Of a DNA stretch of 11,618 bases, positions 9,546-11,618 are shown piece by piece. A model generated the notes under the pieces. That model worked only from the letters and a program-made list of their open reading frames with translations, was not told where the DNA came from and ran no database searches. The translations under genes were made by a program, and so were the position numbers. The stretch is from positions 1 to 11,618 of the forward strand of contig JBHGNT010001142.1 in the NCBI GenBank assembly GCA_043228905.1, given 5' to 3'. How positions within the stretch are numbered: the stretch's first letter is position 1; each line of letters begins with the position of its first letter. The stretch is from Azolla caroliniana. Taxonomy: Eukaryota; Plantae; Polypodiophyta.

Positions 9546-9762
9546 TGTTGTAGAAATTTGCGCCTGCGGGTCGGTTGAACGGGACCACCGGGGTCTTTGA
9601 CCAAGGAGGATGGATCGGGTGACTTGTGCTTGTAAGGAGTTGATCGTTGTTTAGGTTTACAATCGGGTCGTTCTTGTTGTTGAAGATGCTTGTGTGGGTT
9701 GACTGAGAGAAAGAGAGAGAGAGAATAAAGAGATTGTGAAAATATTTACTGCACCACAAAGA
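9546..9762 (-). repeat. R/U5-like LTR-end fragment (D) inserted in element B RNase H
   Basis: On the - strand: a CT-rich tract, CCCCGGTGGTCC (compare CCCCGGGGTTC near the LTR A end) and a terminal ...AAATTTCTACAACA exactly where pol B stops. It could instead be the distal part of LTR C. Confidence 0.5.
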
Positions 9763-10069
9763 TGTCGTGAAGCATGCTACACATGTGCCAAACGTTGTGA
9801 TGTGCGCGTTAAACATGTGCAGACAAGCACCAGCCTCTATCCGCGAGTGGTGATGGAGGAGCGAAAGGATAGTTGAAGACAATGGAACGGTGGAAGGATT
9901 AGCGCTTGCGAGAAGTATTAAAGATAGATATGGACGAGAATCCCAACTCCCGGTTTGAACTTTTGACTTCAAAGTTGAGATACAAGACACATTGCCAATG
10001 AGATAACTAGGATTTATTAATTATTATTGATTGCATACATTACTTGATTTCCTTTCCCTTCCTCTCCTT

Positions 10070-10187
10070 CTTATATAGATGCCCCCATGCATATGTGCAT
10101 GTGAGGGTGTAGTACATGCATACAATGCATGAAATGCATGTGATGCATGAGCGCCAAATGGCAATCATGCATCACATGCAATGCATG
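10070..10187 (-). promoter_or_regulatory. TATA box preceded by nine RY-type (CATGCA/TGCATG) motifs in LTR C
   Basis: Motifs at 10086, 10096, 10115, 10126, 10135, 10144, 10166, 10175 and 10182. CTATATAAG is at 10070-10078 (-). Function is inferred. Confidence 0.5.
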
Positions 10188-10267
10188 ATGACCATGTACC
10201 TCATCTAAGCTCTCATGTACCGGCAGTTTGTGTGAAAAGTACAATGAAGAAAACAAGTTTTAAAGGA

Positions 10268-10340
10268 AATAACCTAGTCTAATGGTATGTCAATTGCCTC
10301 CTATCTTAGAGGTGTAAGGTTCAAACCCTTACTTGTACCT
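10268..10340 (+). other. tRNA-derived / SINE-head-like Pol III A-box and B-box module
   Basis: A box TAGTCTAATGG 10275-10285 and B box GGTTCAAACCC 10318-10328, the latter inside a perfect T-arm GTAAGG-TTCAAAC-CCTTAC. Spacing is tRNA-like, but there is no acceptor stem. Confidence 0.5.
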
Positions 10341-10527
10341 CATTGTATGCGTTAGGCTTATTATATATATTTGTGTAATGAACACCTAAACACACATTAC
10401 ACGTGCGCATTCATGTGTTTAACATACACATCTAACCATCACTCTTTTCATATGTGTGCATATTGCATCTTCTCAATTTCCCTCGTTCCACGTGATTTTC
10501 ACACTGTTGCCGAAAATCTTCACGACA

Positions 10528-10539
10528 TTCACCCCCACC
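10528..10539 (-). other. Polypurine tract of element C
   Basis: GGTGGGGGTGAA on the - strand, immediately before TGTCG. Confidence 0.8.
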
Positions 10540-10597
10540 AAACCGCACGTACTCTGGTACGTGCCAAGAAGTGAGTGTGAGATTTCGGCTACGGTGA

Positions 10598-11618
10598 TCA
10601 ATCAATTTCTTCCATGTCCTCATCAACCTCGCTCAAATTTGTGGGTGCTGTCGTACTATCTTCATTGTTGAGGTCATCCAGGTTAGGACCCTCATTTTGT
10701 CTTTTCTTGAATATCTTTACTCTTTTCCCTGCAATGGGTATGGCCAGCCTTGATCCGTCTAGCTCCGCGAGGTGGTAGGTGACGTTGTCGTTGGCACTCA
10801 TCACCACATACGGTCCGAACCACCTTCTTGCGAACTTCCTTGTCATCCTGTGTTGGTTGTCCAGGCTGTTGTCGTAGACCAATACCCAATCTCCTTCTTC
10901 AATCTTCTTGGGACACACCAATAATTCTTCCCGGCTCATCTCATTCTCCCATGGTATTGCTACCCATGAGGCGATCGTCCTCTCGATGGGCATTACTGGT
11001 TTCTGTCCATACATGACCTCTGCTGGCATATAGCCTGTCACGGAACTGTGCATAGTTCTATCGGACCACAATGCATAAGGCAATAATCACAGCCAATTCC
11101 CAACTCGACCATCGCATGCTCGTACGATGGCTTTGACTATCGGCCCATGCCCTCACTCGATCTTCCCATTCACTTCCGGATTATAGGCAGTTGTGAGGGA
11201 GAAAGAAAGAAAGAAAGAAAGATATATTAAGAGAGGTTTACGCCTAGTTGCTCGAAGAGCTCCATTGCTTCATGTGCATCTAGCTCTCCTCGGTCGGCCA
11301 CTATCTTTCCCACACATCCATATCGGCAGACAACCTCTTCGAGTAGAAATTTGCATACAACTGTTGTCGTCTTATTTGCTAAGGCTCGTCCTTCTACCTG
11401 GTTTGACAGGTCTTCCCTCGCTAATACCAAGTACTTCATCTGTCCCACTCCCGTTGGCATCGAGACCAGATCCACCATCCATTTAAAGTGTATGGTGAGT
11501 GGGTATGTTGGTCCAACCCATCACGGTGACGTACGTTCGAATGTACTTGACAACTTTCGCATGTGGACACGAAATGTAGTGCATCTTTATACATGCTCGG
11601 CCACCAATACCTTTCCTT
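10598..11618 (-). pseudogene. pol: Integrase of element C, disrupted
   Basis: KERYWWPSMYKD...CESCQ, a frameshift near 11510, a 32-bp gain at ~11203-11234, TGA stops at 11153-11155 and 11087-11089, and a ~37-codon in-frame deletion near 10915 relative to A. Confidence 0.9.
11203..11230. repeat. 28-bp insertion containing (GAAA)n, flanked by a GAGA duplication
   Basis: Removing 11203-11234 restores ...GVNLSLTTAYNPE, matching GIKLSLTMAYNPE of element A. GAGA occurs at 11199-11202 and 11231-11234. Confidence 0.8.

Larger units (their letters stand above)
9763..10527 (-). repeat. 3' LTR of element C (~765 bp)
   Basis: Starts TGTCGTGAAG right after the PPT and ends CTTCACGACA, a perfect 10-bp terminal inverted repeat. 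TATATAA is at 10071-10077 (-). Confidence 0.72.
9763..11618 (-). mobile_element. Ty3/Gypsy element C (relative of A), 3' part, inverted orientation
   Basis: Its integrase is clearly homologous to A (KYLVLAREDL, CRYGCVGKIVADRGELDA, WVLVYD.SLDNQH, RWFGPYVV), and it has the same PPT and LTR start. Confidence 0.9.

Noticed and set aside
9741-9762. TGGTGCAG on the - strand as a primer-binding site
   Set aside because: It lies several nt from the LTR end, follows a PPT-preceded (3') LTR, and I cannot match it to a tRNA 3' end.
10268-10340. Functional tRNA gene
   Set aside because: The acceptor stem does not pair and the anticodon arm is irregular; kept only as a tRNA-derived module.
9490-10671. 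ORFs 9490-9990, 10071-10256 (His/Met-rich) and others as env-like or metal-binding genes
   Set aside because: They lie in LTR sequence, cross insertion junctions, or simply translate CATG repeats; no motifs are recognisable.
1-11618. Prokaryotic RT systems (retron, DGR, group II intron)
   Set aside because: Both RTs sit in PR-RT-RH(-IN) polyproteins with LTR features. The 360-bp repeat lacks the adenine-specific differences of a DGR TR/VR pair.

Overview
Eukaryotic (probably non-seed-plant, bryophyte-like; this is inference) nested transposon cluster with no intact host gene. From left to right: (A) the 3' part of a + strand Ty3/Gypsy LTR retrotransposon. It has a protease ORF, a candidate -1 frameshift, RT-RNaseH-integrase, a PPT and a ~1.4 kb 3' LTR (4285-5667) carrying a minisatellite. 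Its RT has one nonsense codon and an in-frame 360-bp duplication with an inverted filler. (M) A decayed reading frame (5670-6632) with an integrase-like H2C2 zinc motif followed by a WRKY/GCM1-type C2H2 motif, probably a Mutator-like transposase N-terminus. (B) A degenerate Tcn1/Tf2-like Gypsy element (6633-9545; gag, -1 frameshift, protease, RT, RNaseH) cut off at the end of RNase H. (D) A short - strand LTR-end fragment (9546-9762). (C) A - strand relative of element A (integrase, PPT, LTR 9763-10527). The most notable signals are two slippery-site/pseudoknot -1 frameshift cassettes (one unusually between protease and RT), a covarying hairpin before the PPT shared by A and C, a tRNA-like Pol III A/B-box module and an RY/G-box cluster inside LTR C, and the template-switch duplication in RT. 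All calls were made by eye, with no database searches or folding programs.
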